Source of the DNA: an uncultured Nitrospinota bacterium
GTDB lineage: Bacteria; Tectomicrobia; Entotheonellia; J063; CAVPRW01
Assembly: GCA_963707985.1 (NCBI GenBank)
Contig: CAVPRW010000023.1
Location: forward strand, 1 to 64,000
Direction: 5' to 3'
DNA: 64,000 nt
Part shown: in pieces, positions 53,839-64,000 of the stretch
How the letters are laid out: the number at the start of each line of letters is the position of its first letter
Numbering within the stretch: the first letter of the stretch is position 1
Notes under the pieces: model-generated
The model's input: the letters and a program-made list of their open reading frames with translations, nothing else
What the model was told of the DNA's origin: nothing
The model's database searches: none
Program-made: the position numbers and the translations under genes

Positions 53839-54097
53839 TCATGTGTAGTGATACCTGCAGGAAATAATAGTGATGGCGTCATCGGTTACCTTATACGAGT
53901 CGATGCTCATCATTGATTCGCCTTGACCAGTACCCCCTTAGCTCATGTCTCAACGGTTCAGGCCTACCAAGGCCTGCAAATGGATGACGCAGCGTATCCA
54001 AAATTAGGTTAACGATCCGCTGATATAGTTTTTTATCTATGGTCGCCCACTCGACAAAATCTTGGAAGGCATTCCGCTCAAAGATTACCCTTCTCAT
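53839..54097 (-). pseudogene. yoeB: Txe/YoeB-family toxin, frameshifted near the C-terminus
   Basis: PF.GLGRPEPL...WSRRINDEHRLV*; the expected YKVTDDAITIISCRYHYT* follows in another frame (a TA lost from GTATATAAG). Confidence 0.85.
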
Positions 54098-54333
54098 TGC
54101 AAATCTTCGAGTTTAAGCGGAACCAAATTACGATCTTGGGCAACGTTCTCGATCGCCTTCAGCAAGCGGTCTCTATTCGCCGGAGACCTTAGAAGATACG
54201 CGGTCTCATCTTCCTCGCTTTGAGCCGCTTCGCACACAACGATTTCAATCTCCTTGTCTTTAAACATTGTTTTCAAAGCACTCAGAAAATGGTTATCCAG
54301 CTCTCTCGTATTCATCCTATATATCATGTACAT
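54094..54333 (-). CDS. YefM/Phd-like antitoxin
   Basis: DETAYLLRSPANRDRLLKAIE C-terminus; overlaps the toxin start. Confidence 0.85.
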   Translation of the reverse strand: MYMIYRMNTRELDNHFLSALKTMFKDKEIEIVVCEAAQSEEDETAYLLRSPANRDRLLKAIENVAQDRNLVPLKLEDLQ

Positions 54334-54435
54334 CGATTCTCTCCTTTGGTGGAACCTTCGGACCTGTGATGACGCTTTGGGGTGTCGCGGTACCGCTCCT
54401 CAACGCCCAGATAGATCTATTATACCTGCATCTTC

Positions 54436-57400
54436 TTACGAACGATGAATATTCTCAAGCCACGCCTCCGGAATTCTTGCCCACTCTGAGGCCAGAATCA
54501 CCGGAATGGGTTTCCCGTCCAGTACCGGCATGTGACGTTGCTCATCAGATGGCATCAGGATGATGAATCCCGGAGCATCCGCTGCCTGCCCGCAGGCATC
54601 ACGCAGCTTCTCGAAGACTGGCAGTTGGTCGTAACGGGCCAGGAGGCCAGGGTAGACCAGCAGCACCGGCCTGTCGGCGCTGAACAGGGTGCGCTCCACC
54701 GCTGGCATGGCCTGTCGGATCAGGGTTTGCCAACGACGCCAGTCAGTGCCCTCGGGGGCCGCGGCATCGGCCTTCACCACCACCTCCCATTTGGCGCCCA
54801 GCGCTGCAGCGGTGGACTTCATTTCCTGGATCAGCAAGGCCTCGAGGCTGGTCCGCAGCACCGGAAAGCGTCGCACAATTTCCGCCTCGGTGCGCAGGAG
54901 ATACCGAGGGGCCACTGTTAGGATGAAAAAACGTCGTTCCTGAACTGCCCTGCTGAGACGCTCTTCGAGAGCAAAGGCCGCGTCAGCCTCGGGTGACGGG
55001 GGAACTCCCGGCTGCGATGCCGTACTCAGGCGGGTGAGGGTCGATCCTGTTGGAGATGGCTCTGGCACGATCGACCGGTGGCGGTAGCCACCCTGGCCGT
55101 CGAACGCATCGTCATCCCAGTCAAGGTCAATCCCGGCCTCGCGCAACAGGTCGTCCAGCCGCGGTCGACCTGGGATCGGTTCGGCGTGTGGATATCGACT
55201 GACGATGCGTTGCTGAATCTGCTGCACTGTAAGGGCTTTCGGCCCTACCAGGGAACCAGCCCCCAGTTTTACGGCACGGGCCGCTTCCATGCCGCGTGGG
55301 TAGAGCTCCAGACGGCTTGATAGGGCTGCCGTCCGCGCCGCTGCAACAGCCAGTCGCAGAATCCTATCCGGCGTAAGCATGGCGTCGTTTTCGGGCGGGG
55401 ACACAGCTTGTAGCTCTTCGACGACCCGGGTCGGCGTCAGCAGCGGGATCCGCCTTTGCCAGTTCGTCCGCCTTCACCCCGAGGCTTTCGGCGTAGTGTG
55501 CGCGTGCCGCCGGTGCAGCCGTATAGTAGTTGGCCAGGTTGGCTGTCGCGACGACGAAGGCACCCTGCTGACCGCGATATAACGTGTAGCGTGAGCGCTC
55601 ACGCAGCATCTCGGTCTCGACGGCCGCATACGCGACAGCCGCTGCCAACCGGAACCGTGCCGGCTCATCGGCGGCCGAACCGCGCGCCGCCAGCACGGCA
55701 ACGCTGAGCTCGTCGACGCTCATCACTCCGCCGTTCTTCTCGAGCACCGCAGCCAGATCCTCGCGCAGCGCTGTCATCCAGGCTTGTCTGCCCCAGTGCT
55801 CACGGGCGCGCCGCAAGGCGTGCTGGACAGCCGGACGTGGACAGGCGAGCCGCTCCGCAACGTCCGGCTCAGCCAGCCAGACTCCCCGCTGCCAGTCGCC
55901 CTCTAATCCCAGTAGACCCGAGACGATCCGCCGGTCCTCAACCTCGGCCCACTTGGGCACGACCCGGCGCGCCAAAAAATCGACGCTGAGCAGCCTGGGG
56001 TCAGACTGCATCTCCTCTTGTTCCGACTCGTCCAGCGTGGCAGGAGGCAGGGGCTCACCGCGCTCGGCGAAGACCTGGGCGATACGCTCGGCGAGGCCGC
56101 GGATCTCCTTGACGATTTTCTGTCCCAAACCCTGATTGCGATACAACCGAATGCGCGGTAGGCTCAGCAGCTCACCCACGGTCTGCGCCCCGATGCGCCC
56201 GAGTGCATCCAGCACTCTGGGGCTCAGCCCTAGACTTGACAGCGACGTCTCATCTGTGGCCGTGGCGAGCACGTGGTCGAAATCAACGGCTCCATTGTGG
56301 TCGGTCTCAGTCGCCGGGCGATCGACGGACTCGAAGATCCGACGCCACGCCCGTAGCATTTCCTCGGCGTTGTCGAAGCGCTGGCGGTGATCGCTGTGTA
56401 GCGCCCTGGAGAAGAACGCGGTCAATTCATCCCGCAGAGCGGGATCGAATTGCTCGCTCGCCAGAGACACTTCGCAATCGAGCATGGCGGGGTCCGACAT
56501 GCCATCTCCCCAGGATGGGAGGGCCCCGGTCGCCATCTCGTGGAGGGTCATGGCAACGGCGAAGCGCTCGGCATACAGGTCCCAGCGTGGGGATTTGCGT
56601 CGGCGCAGGAATGGGTCCAGATAGGGCGGCGTGCCGGCCCTGAGGTTGTCGACTGGAGTGTTCGCCAGAGAGAAATCGAACAGGATCAACGTGAGCTTGC
56701 CGGACGGGGTCTGGCCGACGCCGATGTTGTCGGGCTTGATGTCACGGTGCGAGACGCCGTTCTGCTCCAGCCAATCGGTCACCATCAGTAGCTCTTCGCC
56801 GAAGCGTTGCAGGAGATCCAACGACAGCCGTCCCTCCGACCGTATACGTTGGGCCAGCGTGTAGGCACCGGCTTTGATGTCGACTCCGGCTACCGCCATA
56901 AACAGGGCGGCGTGCCCACTGATCTCGATCTGTTCATATAGTTCGACGATATTCGGGTGGCGAAGCGTGTGGAGGACTTGTCCCTCCTCGATCAGCCGGG
57001 CGTTCTGACCTGGATCTAACGCGACTTTCAACACCCCTTCCTTGCCGTCGCGCTCGACCAATAGGGTGACGCTGGTCGATCCCGATCCCAGGCGCTTTTT
57101 GACGACAAACCCACGCTCCAATCGATCGTTGACCCGTGCCTCGAGCGGATGGACGACGTCCTCGGGCGCTGGCGCGGTGAGCTCATCCTCTACCCCTTCC
57201 AGAAGTTCGAGAAAGTCTCTCACGCTATCCAGGCGATCTTCAACCGTCGGAGCGGTGCTGAACTGGATCAGCTCCTGTAGCACTTGCCCAACGCCATTGA
57301 TGACCTCGGAAATGCGGAGTCCTCGGCCGTCCACGCACTTGCGTTGCAGCTCCTCGATGCTAGAGGCCGGGGCGAAGCCCGAGAACACGTAGTAGGCGAC

Positions 57401-58663
57401 CGCCCCGAGGGCGAAGATATCGAGCTTGGACGCGTCAAACACCATACCGGCGATGGCTTCCGGGGCCATATAGAGCAAGCTTTGTGGATCTCCGAAGAGA
57501 CCGAGGTGTAGTCCAGCATCGCCAGTCGAATGGGTACTGCCCGTTGAGGATCTCTCACGGCGCGCAGTTTGCCAGTCGAAGATGTTGATCTGCGGGGTGC
57601 GGCTCGCCGGCGCTTTGACCAGGATGGTCTGCGGGCTAAGCGCCTGATGATAGAGCCGGCGTTCATGGGCATATTGCAGCGCTTCGGCGATCTGCCGCAC
57701 CAGGCCCAATCGCATGCCAATGTCGAGTTGCTCTCCTTGCTTGCGCAGGAACAGGTCGAGCCGCTCAGCCTCCGGATCATGCTCAAAGATCAATGCCGGC
57801 CCGTCTTCGTGTTCGATGAACGCCTCGGCCCGGAGAATGCCGCCATGATTGACCCCCTGCAACCATAAAAATTCGCGTTCGGCGGCCTGTCGTTGTTGGC
57901 TGCGGCTGAGCGCTGTGGATTGCCGTGCATGGGGATAGAGGCGAACCCGACAGGTGACCTTAGGGAAGCTGACGTGGGCGGCCTCCCAGTCTTGGTACGC
58001 ATCGCTCTCCATCATCAAGCGCCCAAGCCGGTAGTCACCGACCCGGCGTGCATGTGAGGAGAGCCTGATGCCCGCTTGTTCAAGGGCCCGAGCGATGGCT
58101 TGCGCCAGGCGCCGATCGATGCGTTGCGGGGTGGAGCTGCCGCTTCGCGCTGTTGTATCAGTGACGCCGCTGAGCAGGCTGAGGATGTCTGGAAGTCCTT
58201 CGCGGGCATTATCCTGTCGGACGCAGACGCCATGCCGCGCGACCCCTTCCAGTTCACAACGGAGACCTGGAGCCGAGAGGAAGATGAGTGGTTCGATATA
58301 CGGCACGCGGGAGTTACGGAGAGCATTCTGGTGCTGCAGCAGCGATTTCAGCTTCTTCGCTTTACGGTTGGCCAGTAGCAGAGGGTTATCGTCAGTAAAC
58401 GTTCGGCCTTCGTCCGCCCAGGTCCATGTACCAGCATCGCCCGACACGCGGCCTGGTCGACTCTTGATCTCAACGAGATACATCTTGTACAGCGAGAGCA
58501 CCAGCAGGTCGACTTCGTTGATGCTGCCATCTTCCGCAATGAACTCAAAGTTGGACCAGGCACGAAACGGGTCCTGGTCGGGAAAATGCTCGCATACGTA
58601 GTTCAGCGCCGCCTGCTCCCAGGGAAATTGCGATTCCGTGATCGCCATCCAGCGCTGCGACAT
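54436..58663 (-). CDS. pglW: BREX type 2 serine/threonine kinase PglW, +1 frameshift near 55446
   Basis: NERD domain (EVDLL...VEIKS), two kinase domains (second with HRDIKPDN), RNAP alpha-CTD-like segment (LGLSPRVLDAL...TVGELL), C-terminal PGLLARY. Confidence 0.93.
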
Positions 58664-58844
58664 AAGGGGCCTCAGGCGTTTTGTTGAACACTTCAACTTG
58701 CAGGGAATGAGCTCCTACGAGTGCGATGGTACATTGGCCCCTAGTGGAATGCAAGGTAGAAGCACAAGGCTTGGGGATTCCCTCGACGCCCAGCGATAAA
58801 CTATCGCCTGGCCTTGTGGAGTTGTTGCAGGCCAGTAGAATATC

Positions 58845-59672
58845 TCAGGGACGGCGACGCGATTTGGCCCCGGCGACAATGTCCAACACCTCTTGTGTCG
58901 CCGTTTCGCTCCGACTGGCCGTCAATTGCCGTGCGGTTTGTTCCGAGGTCGTGTCGATCCACTGTAAGGCTGCTTCGGTGGCGGTGAGGCGCATGCCGTG
59001 TTCGGACGCCAACGCGTCCAATAACACCTCGTACAGAGAAATGTACAGAAACTCCCGCACCGCGACCGCAGCCAGGTGATCGGGAGTGATGTAGGATGAG
59101 CGCCGCACCGGGGCGCCCGCATGCACCGAGACGATGGGGAGCAGGCGGGTACACACCGGCGTAAACTGGCCGACGCCGTCGAAACGCGCCGAAACTAGAT
59201 ACAAGCTGCCGATGCGTGCGGCGACATAATCCTCCAACACGTCCTGGGCCAGGTGCAGTAACAGGCGGGAGAGTCCGTCGAGACTCGCGGGCGCCTCGTA
59301 ATGGTACTGGGGCATGATGCCGGCTCGCGCGATCATGGGTCGCACCCGCCGCCCCACGGAATACACGGGTCCGAGCTTGCGATGCTCGTATTCTGCCACT
59401 GTATGCTGTGCCAACCGCGCGTTGTAATCGCCGCACAGCCCAAGGTCTGAAGCCACCACCACGAGTCCCCCAGGTGCGAGCCCATTGAGCGGCTGATGAA
59501 TACCAATTTCGGCTACGACGCTGTCGATTTCCGTGCGGTAGTCGCGAGCGGCCGGCAACGCCTTGCGGAGCATGCGAAAGTGGTGGGCCGAGAGCGACCG
59601 CATGGCGGAAACTGCGTCATGCAGAGTGTGCAAGGTGTGCAGCCGTCGCCGCAAGGCCATCTCATGTCTCAT
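58845..59672 (-). CDS. atpG: N-ATPase gamma subunit
   Basis: VSAMRSLS, SDLGLCGDYN, SEHGMRL, TQEVLDIVAG. Confidence 0.92.
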   Translation of the reverse strand: MRHEMALRRRLHTLHTLHDAVSAMRSLSAHHFRMLRKALPAARDYRTEIDSVVAEIGIHQPLNGLAPGGLVVVASDLGLCGDYNARLAQHTVAEYEHRKLGPVYSVGRRVRPMIARAGIMPQYHYEAPASLDGLSRLLLHLAQDVLEDYVAARIGSLYLVSARFDGVGQFTPVCTRLLPIVSVHAGAPVRRSSYITPDHLAAVAVREFLYISLYEVLLDALASEHGMRLTATEAALQWIDTTSEQTARQLTASRSETATQEVLDIVAGAKSRRRP

Positions 59673-61186
59673 GGGGCTGGGTCCATAATCTGCGCCCGGG
59701 CCTGGTGAATAAGCGCGGCGACAGTGGCTTTCCAGTCACCCTCCGGCACCTCGCCGGTGTCCAGTGTGGCCATGAGCGTCGGCGCTTCGCGACGCAACAA
59801 CGCTAGCAGTGCCTCGACCATCGGGACCGCTTGCCCCAGGGGGAGATCCTGCAGCCATCGCTCAGATACAGCGGCCAGCGCCACGACCTGTTCGGCAATA
59901 CCCCGTGGCGACAATCGGTTTTGCCGCAGCAACGCCCGCATGAGGTTGCCGTCCTGCAACGTCGCCTGAGTGGCCAGGTCGATATCGAGCCCCACGCGGG
60001 AGAGCTTTTCGAGCGCTTCGAAGCGAGACCAGCGAATCCGCAGATTCTTGGCGACAGCGCGCATGATTTTGGGTTGCGCCACCGCGCCGATACGCGAGAC
60101 ACTCCTGCCGATGTCGATGGCCGGCCGCTGATCACGCTCGAAGCGGGTCGTGTCCAGATAGATTTGCCCGTCAGTGATCGAAATCAAGTTCGTGGGAATG
60201 TAGGTCGAAATGTCGCCATCGGTGGTTTCGGCCAGCGGCAAAGCGGTGACGGAACCGCCGCCACGTGCCTCGCTGAGCGCAGCCGCACGCTCTAACAGCT
60301 CCGCGTGGACATAAAAGATGTCGCCAGGGAAGGCTTCGCGTCCGGGTGGACGGTCGAGCAGCAGAGCCAGTTCACGGTAGGCGTCGGCGTGCTTGGTCAG
60401 ATCGTCGTACACGATGAGCGCGTGTTGCCCTCGATCACGGAACCACTCGGCGACGGATGCACCGGCATACGGCGCCAAGTATTGCATTCCAGGACTCGCC
60501 GAAGCGTGCGCGGCAATGATCGCCGTGTTGGCGAACCGTCCGGCACGTTCGAGCGTTTCTCGCAGCGCCAACACGCGCGACATCGGTTGGCCAATGACCA
60601 CGTATACGCAGGCCACATCTCCCGGGTGCTGCGCCACCACGATATCGAGCGCCAGCGCCGTCTTGCCCACGTTCCGGTCGCCGATGATCAGCTCCCGCTG
60701 CCCGCGGCCAATCGGGATAGCCGCATCGATGGCCAGGACGCCGGTCCACAGCGTCTGCTCGACATTGCGACGCTCGCAAAGCTCCGGCGCCGCACGAAAC
60801 AGCGGCAGACGATAGGCAGGCGACAGCGGTGGGCTTTCATCCAGCGGGTTCCCCAGAGGATCGAGCACTCGTCCGAGTGTCTCCGGTCCAACCGGCAGGT
60901 CCGGAAGGTATCCCGACCCAACGACACCGTCCCCTGCGTGCACGCGTTCCGATCCGGCGAGCAGAATCGCCCCAACAGCGTCAGCTCGCAGGTCATATGC
61001 CATGCCGAAGGCGCCGGAGTCGAACGTCAGCATTTCTTCGAAGCGCACATCGTCCAAACCAGCCACCAGGGCCACCCCGTCGCCAACCCGCTGGACGATG
61101 CCGCGGGGCTTGAAGCGGTCCGCCAAGGACACGCGGTTCGCCGCGGCGGTGAGGGCAGCTTCGAGCCATGGCACGCTATTGGCCAT
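59669..61186 (-). CDS. atpA: N-ATPase alpha subunit
   Basis: GRGQRELIIGDRNVGKT, YDDLTKHA, PPGREAFPGD, ISITDGQI. Confidence 0.97.
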   Translation of the reverse strand: MANSVPWLEAALTAAANRVSLADRFKPRGIVQRVGDGVALVAGLDDVRFEEMLTFDSGAFGMAYDLRADAVGAILLAGSERVHAGDGVVGSGYLPDLPVGPETLGRVLDPLGNPLDESPPLSPAYRLPLFRAAPELCERRNVEQTLWTGVLAIDAAIPIGRGQRELIIGDRNVGKTALALDIVVAQHPGDVACVYVVIGQPMSRVLALRETLERAGRFANTAIIAAHASASPGMQYLAPYAGASVAEWFRDRGQHALIVYDDLTKHADAYRELALLLDRPPGREAFPGDIFYVHAELLERAAALSEARGGGSVTALPLAETTDGDISTYIPTNLISITDGQIYLDTTRFERDQRPAIDIGRSVSRIGAVAQPKIMRAVAKNLRIRWSRFEALEKLSRVGLDIDLATQATLQDGNLMRALLRQNRLSPRGIAEQVVALAAVSERWLQDLPLGQAVPMVEALLALLRREAPTLMATLDTGEVPEGDWKATVAALIHQARAQIMDPAP

Positions 61187-61916
61187 TGGTGATTCCTTGT
61201 GATGCTCGGTGCTCCAGTTCTACCGTCAGGGTGCGCTGCGCGAATGCAGCCAAACCCATGACGCTAGCGTCGACGACACCTCGCGGCGTCGTGATGCGCA
61301 TTCCGGCGCCGAGCTCCGGCACGACGCGCCGCATCGCGGTGCTCGCGGCCGGACCGAGAGCTTCGTCGAGCACCGCGTGGCTGTCCTCACTCAGCGGTTC
61401 GGCGGATTCCACAATCACCTGCGAAGAGTCCAACGCCAGTCCCCGTAATTGCTCGCAAGCCGCGCGGAGCAAAGCGGCGTTGAGGGTGGGGCCGTTGATC
61501 TGCGTCAGAAGACGGCCAACGACCACGCCAGCCGCGGCTGCTACTGCACGCGAGAGCGTCGCCATTTGCATTTCGTCGAAGCGCTCCACCTGCTGCTGTG
61601 CAGCTTGTTTGGCGCGCTGCGCTTGCTCGCGGGCTTGCGCGACGATGGTCTCGGCCTCCTGACGCGCGGCCTCGAGTATCTGGGCGCGCAGTTGCGTCAA
61701 TTCGTCGCGCAGTGTTTCTCGCTGCGCGACAACTTCGGCGCGCGTCTGTTCGGCCGCCGCTAACTGCTGAGAGGCTTCTCGCGACAACCCCTCCAGCCTG
61801 GCCCGATGATCCGCCAACGCCTGTCGCACCGGCTTGAAGAAGAGCCAGCCGAGCACCGCCGCCAGGACCAGGAAATTGGCGGCTTCGAAGAGAAAGGTGG
61901 TGAGTGTCGGAGACAC
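61176..61916 (-). CDS. atpF: N-ATPase b subunit with C-terminal delta-like extension
   Basis: TFLFEAANFLVL..L..LFFKPV, coiled coil, extended C-terminus. Confidence 0.92.
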   Translation of the reverse strand: MSPTLTTFLFEAANFLVLAAVLGWLFFKPVRQALADHRARLEGLSREASQQLAAAEQTRAEVVAQRETLRDELTQLRAQILEAARQEAETIVAQAREQAQRAKQAAQQQVERFDEMQMATLSRAVAAAAGVVVGRLLTQINGPTLNAALLRAACEQLRGLALDSSQVIVESAEPLSEDSHAVLDEALGPAASTAMRRVVPELGAGMRITTPRGVVDASVMGLAAFAQRTLTVELEHRASQGITNGQ

Positions 61917-61924
61917 GGCAATGG

Positions 61925-62188
61925 CTACCCTCGGCCAGCGATGAAGGGATTAGCAAACAGCACAATCAGCGCAATCACCAGGCAGAAGATCGCCGTCGAC
62001 TCGACCATCGCCAGGCTGACGAACAACGTGCGCGTAATCGATGAGGCTTCGTCGGGTTGCCGGGCTAAGGCATCCATCGCCGCCGCGCCAATACGGCTTT
62101 CGCCCAGGGCCGCACCCACAGCGCCTACCGCCATGGTCAAGGCGGCAGCCGCGATGGAAACGATGGCTATCACGCTTTGATCGGTCAT
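61925..62188 (-). CDS. atpE: N-ATPase c subunit
   Basis: ARQPDE loop, ESTAIF, LFANPF. Confidence 0.95.
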   Translation of the reverse strand: MTDQSVIAIVSIAAAALTMAVGAVGAALGESRIGAAAMDALARQPDEASSITRTLFVSLAMVESTAIFCLVIALIVLFANPFIAGRG

Positions 62189-62859
62189 GCTTCCTCCCCC
62201 GAGCTGATCGCGGCGCCGATATAGACGGTGGATAATACGGTAAAGATATAGGCCTGCAGTAAGCCGATAAGCATGTCGAGCGCCATGATCGGCATCGGCA
62301 CGAGAAAGCCGGCGAGCGCTACCAAGAGTCCAACCACCAAATGCCCTGACATCACGTTGCCGAACAACCGCACCGACAACGCCAACGTGCGGGACACTTC
62401 GGAGATCACGTGCAGTGGCATGAAGATCGGGTTGGGCCGTACATAGTGCTTCACATATCCCCAGAACCCATACGTGTGGATGCCCGCTATGGGGACAGCT
62501 AAGAACACCACCATCGCCAACGCGGACGTTGTGGCCAAACTTGCGGTGGCTGGGTGTATCCCTGGCAATTGTCCGACGATGTTGCAGCCGGCAATAAACA
62601 CAAACAGACTTCCGGACAGTGTCGCCACCACCGGGTGTGGTTGGCCGACAATGTCCCTAATAAGCGCGTCGAGCCATTCGACAGTCACCAGAGCGAGCGT
62701 GGCCAGCCAGTGGTGTGGTCGCCGCACGACCGTAACTCGCATGGCAACGGCCACCACCACCAGCAGCAGTGTCACGCCCAGCGACGTGACCATCGTTTCG
62801 GTGACCGGCACAGGGCCGATATGGAATAACACGGGGTCGCCAAAGATCCGCAGTGTCAT
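62185..62859 (-). CDS. atpB: N-ATPase a subunit
   Basis: SRTLALSVRLFGN, LQAYIFTVL. Confidence 0.95.
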   Translation of the reverse strand: MTLRIFGDPVLFHIGPVPVTETMVTSLGVTLLLVVVAVAMRVTVVRRPHHWLATLALVTVEWLDALIRDIVGQPHPVVATLSGSLFVFIAGCNIVGQLPGIHPATASLATTSALAMVVFLAVPIAGIHTYGFWGYVKHYVRPNPIFMPLHVISEVSRTLALSVRLFGNVMSGHLVVGLLVALAGFLVPMPIMALDMLIGLLQAYIFTVLSTVYIGAAISSGEEA

Positions 62860-63107
62860 GGCGCCTTGCTCCTACTCAGCGCGAAACCGGTGAACACCAG
62901 AAAGCCGACGCCCCATCCCATACACACCGGCAGCAAGCTGCCAGCCAGGGCAGCGCCTACGAGGATCAAGGCCATGCAGAGCAGCCGCACCATCCCTATC
63001 GCCGCCATCATGGAGGACGCTCGGCGGGCCGCATGCCAGAGCCAGGCAGCATGCAGTCCGCCGACCACCACGCCAGCCGTCAACCACATGGGACTTGCAA
63101 GCGTCAT
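62856..63107 (-). CDS. atpR: N-ATPase AtpR-like membrane protein
   Basis: Three hydrophobic segments; positioned between atpQ and atpB with ATGA overlaps. Confidence 0.7.
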   Translation of the reverse strand: MTLASPMWLTAGVVVGGLHAAWLWHAARRASSMMAAIGMVRLLCMALILVGAALAGSLLPVCMGWGVGFLVFTGFALSRSKAP

Positions 63108-63394
63108 GAGTTGTGCTGCCTGACCGTTTTCCACGCGATGTACGCCCCGAGCACCGTCCCTACCGTGAGCAATATCAACGTGAAATGCACGCCTGTGTGC
63201 CAGCGATCGTCCACATAGTGCCCCAGGAGCGCCCCCCCCACGGACAACACCGCAATCGGCCAGCCGACCATGCCCAGCACACCAAGCGATCGCCAGAAGC
63301 TGCGGTGACCGACTTCGCGACGTGCGTGCCGCGACGTATCTCGCCGCAGTGCGGCACGCACGTCGGGGCGTCGATGTTGGCCGCTGTTGCTCAA
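63104..63394 (-). CDS. atpQ: N-ATPase AtpQ (AtpZ/AtpI-like) protein
   Basis: SLGVLGMVGWPIA....GALLGHYVD. Confidence 0.85.
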   Translation of the reverse strand: MSNSGQHRRPDVRAALRRDTSRHARREVGHRSFWRSLGVLGMVGWPIAVLSVGGALLGHYVDDRWHTGVHFTLILLTVGTVLGAYIAWKTVRQHNS

Positions 63395-63813
63395 CGCGCT
63401 CTTCCTATGGGAGGTATACGCTCTTCGTCACCGCCATGCAGTTCCAGAATAATGTTCTTTTCCAAACGTCCGAGCAGTGCCCGCGCTTCCTGCTCGGCAC
63501 TGGGCACGGCCAAGGCACGATCCAGTGCGTCCAGGACAGTGGTCAGGGCATCGCCGATGACGGCCACCGGCGTCAAGAGGTGCGCTACGGCTCCATCGCA
63601 GTGCAACAAACCGCCGGCGGTCCCCGCGAATCGAACCACATCGTCTTGCCGCACCACGATCAAGCCCGGTTCCACCGCCAGGATCGTCGGTTCACCATGG
63701 GGACGCAGGCCCACTTGGCCCGTCTGTGTCGGGACGCGGATGGAGGAAACGTCACACTCCAGGACGATGTCTTGTGGCGTCCGGATGACGAAATGCAACG
63801 TGGCCTTAGACAT
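63391..63813 (-). CDS. atpC: N-ATPase epsilon subunit
   Basis: IRTP, GQVGLRPHG, GGLL motifs. Confidence 0.88.
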   Translation of the reverse strand: MSKATLHFVIRTPQDIVLECDVSSIRVPTQTGQVGLRPHGEPTILAVEPGLIVVRQDDVVRFAGTAGGLLHCDGAVAHLLTPVAVIGDALTTVLDALDRALAVPSAEQEARALLGRLEKNIILELHGGDEERIPPIGRAR

Positions 63814-64000
63814 GGCGCACCACCTCGTCGAGCGCCCCTACCATGAACAATTGATCGTCGGGCACCTGGTCGCAGCGCCCTTCCAGAATGGCGGCAACTC
63901 CGTCTACGGTTACCGCGGGTGGGACGTTGCGCCCCGGCATGCCTGTGAAGGGTTCGGCGACGAAGAACGGCTGCGTGAGAAAGTTCCGCAGCCGCTGGGC
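63806..64000 (-). CDS. atpD: N-ATPase beta subunit, C-terminal part (runs off the window)
   Basis: RLRNFLTQPFFVAEPFTGMPG...LFMVGALDEV. Confidence 0.92.
   Translation of the reverse strand, partial: AQRLRNFLTQPFFVAEPFTGMPGRNVPPAVTVDGVAAILEGRCDQVPDDQLFMVGALDEVVRHV

Noticed and set aside
58760..58820. Nested inverted repeats between atpG and pglW as a mobile-element end
   Set aside because: No partner repeat at the other end of the BREX locus and no transposase or integrase; a terminator-like hairpin is equally plausible.
1..64000. Numerous long antisense or overlapping ORFs in the six-frame track (e.g. 20266-21102, 47437-48468, 60305-61192)
   Set aside because: Shadow ORFs expected opposite real genes in high-GC DNA; no recognisable motifs.

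Overview
GC-rich (~60%) bacterial chromosomal window mixing housekeeping/metabolic operons with defence- and signalling-type accessory genes. From left to right: a sulfotransferase-like gene and an exported protein; two tandem STAND-NTPase (NLR-like) genes (Zn-ribbon-AAA-TPR and TIR-STAND-WD40); a coxSLM-like molybdo-hydroxylase operon; an AraC regulator followed by a 107-aa protein with an extreme Trp/Cys/Pro-rich tail; SLATT, DUF1345-like and TIR-FGE-sulfatase genes, the last carrying hallmarks of a diversity-generating-retroelement (DGR) variable region; yiiM, maf and a polyprenyl synthetase preceded by a 6S-RNA-like element; a selenocysteine NAD-dependent formate dehydrogenase cluster; UPF0182; rlpA; kdpFABC with an extra small peptide; an SPFH lipoprotein; a cytochrome c'-like gene; a J-domain-USP fusion; a type 2 BREX/Pgl locus (pglW-X-Y-Z) interleaved with three toxin-antitoxin modules whose toxins are all broken; and most of an N-ATPase operon (atpDCQRBEFAG). 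Many genes carry single-base indels, mostly +1 insertions, probably long-read consensus errors, so frameshifts are not by themselves evidence of pseudogenes. All family assignments come from motif recognition by eye; no database searches were run.
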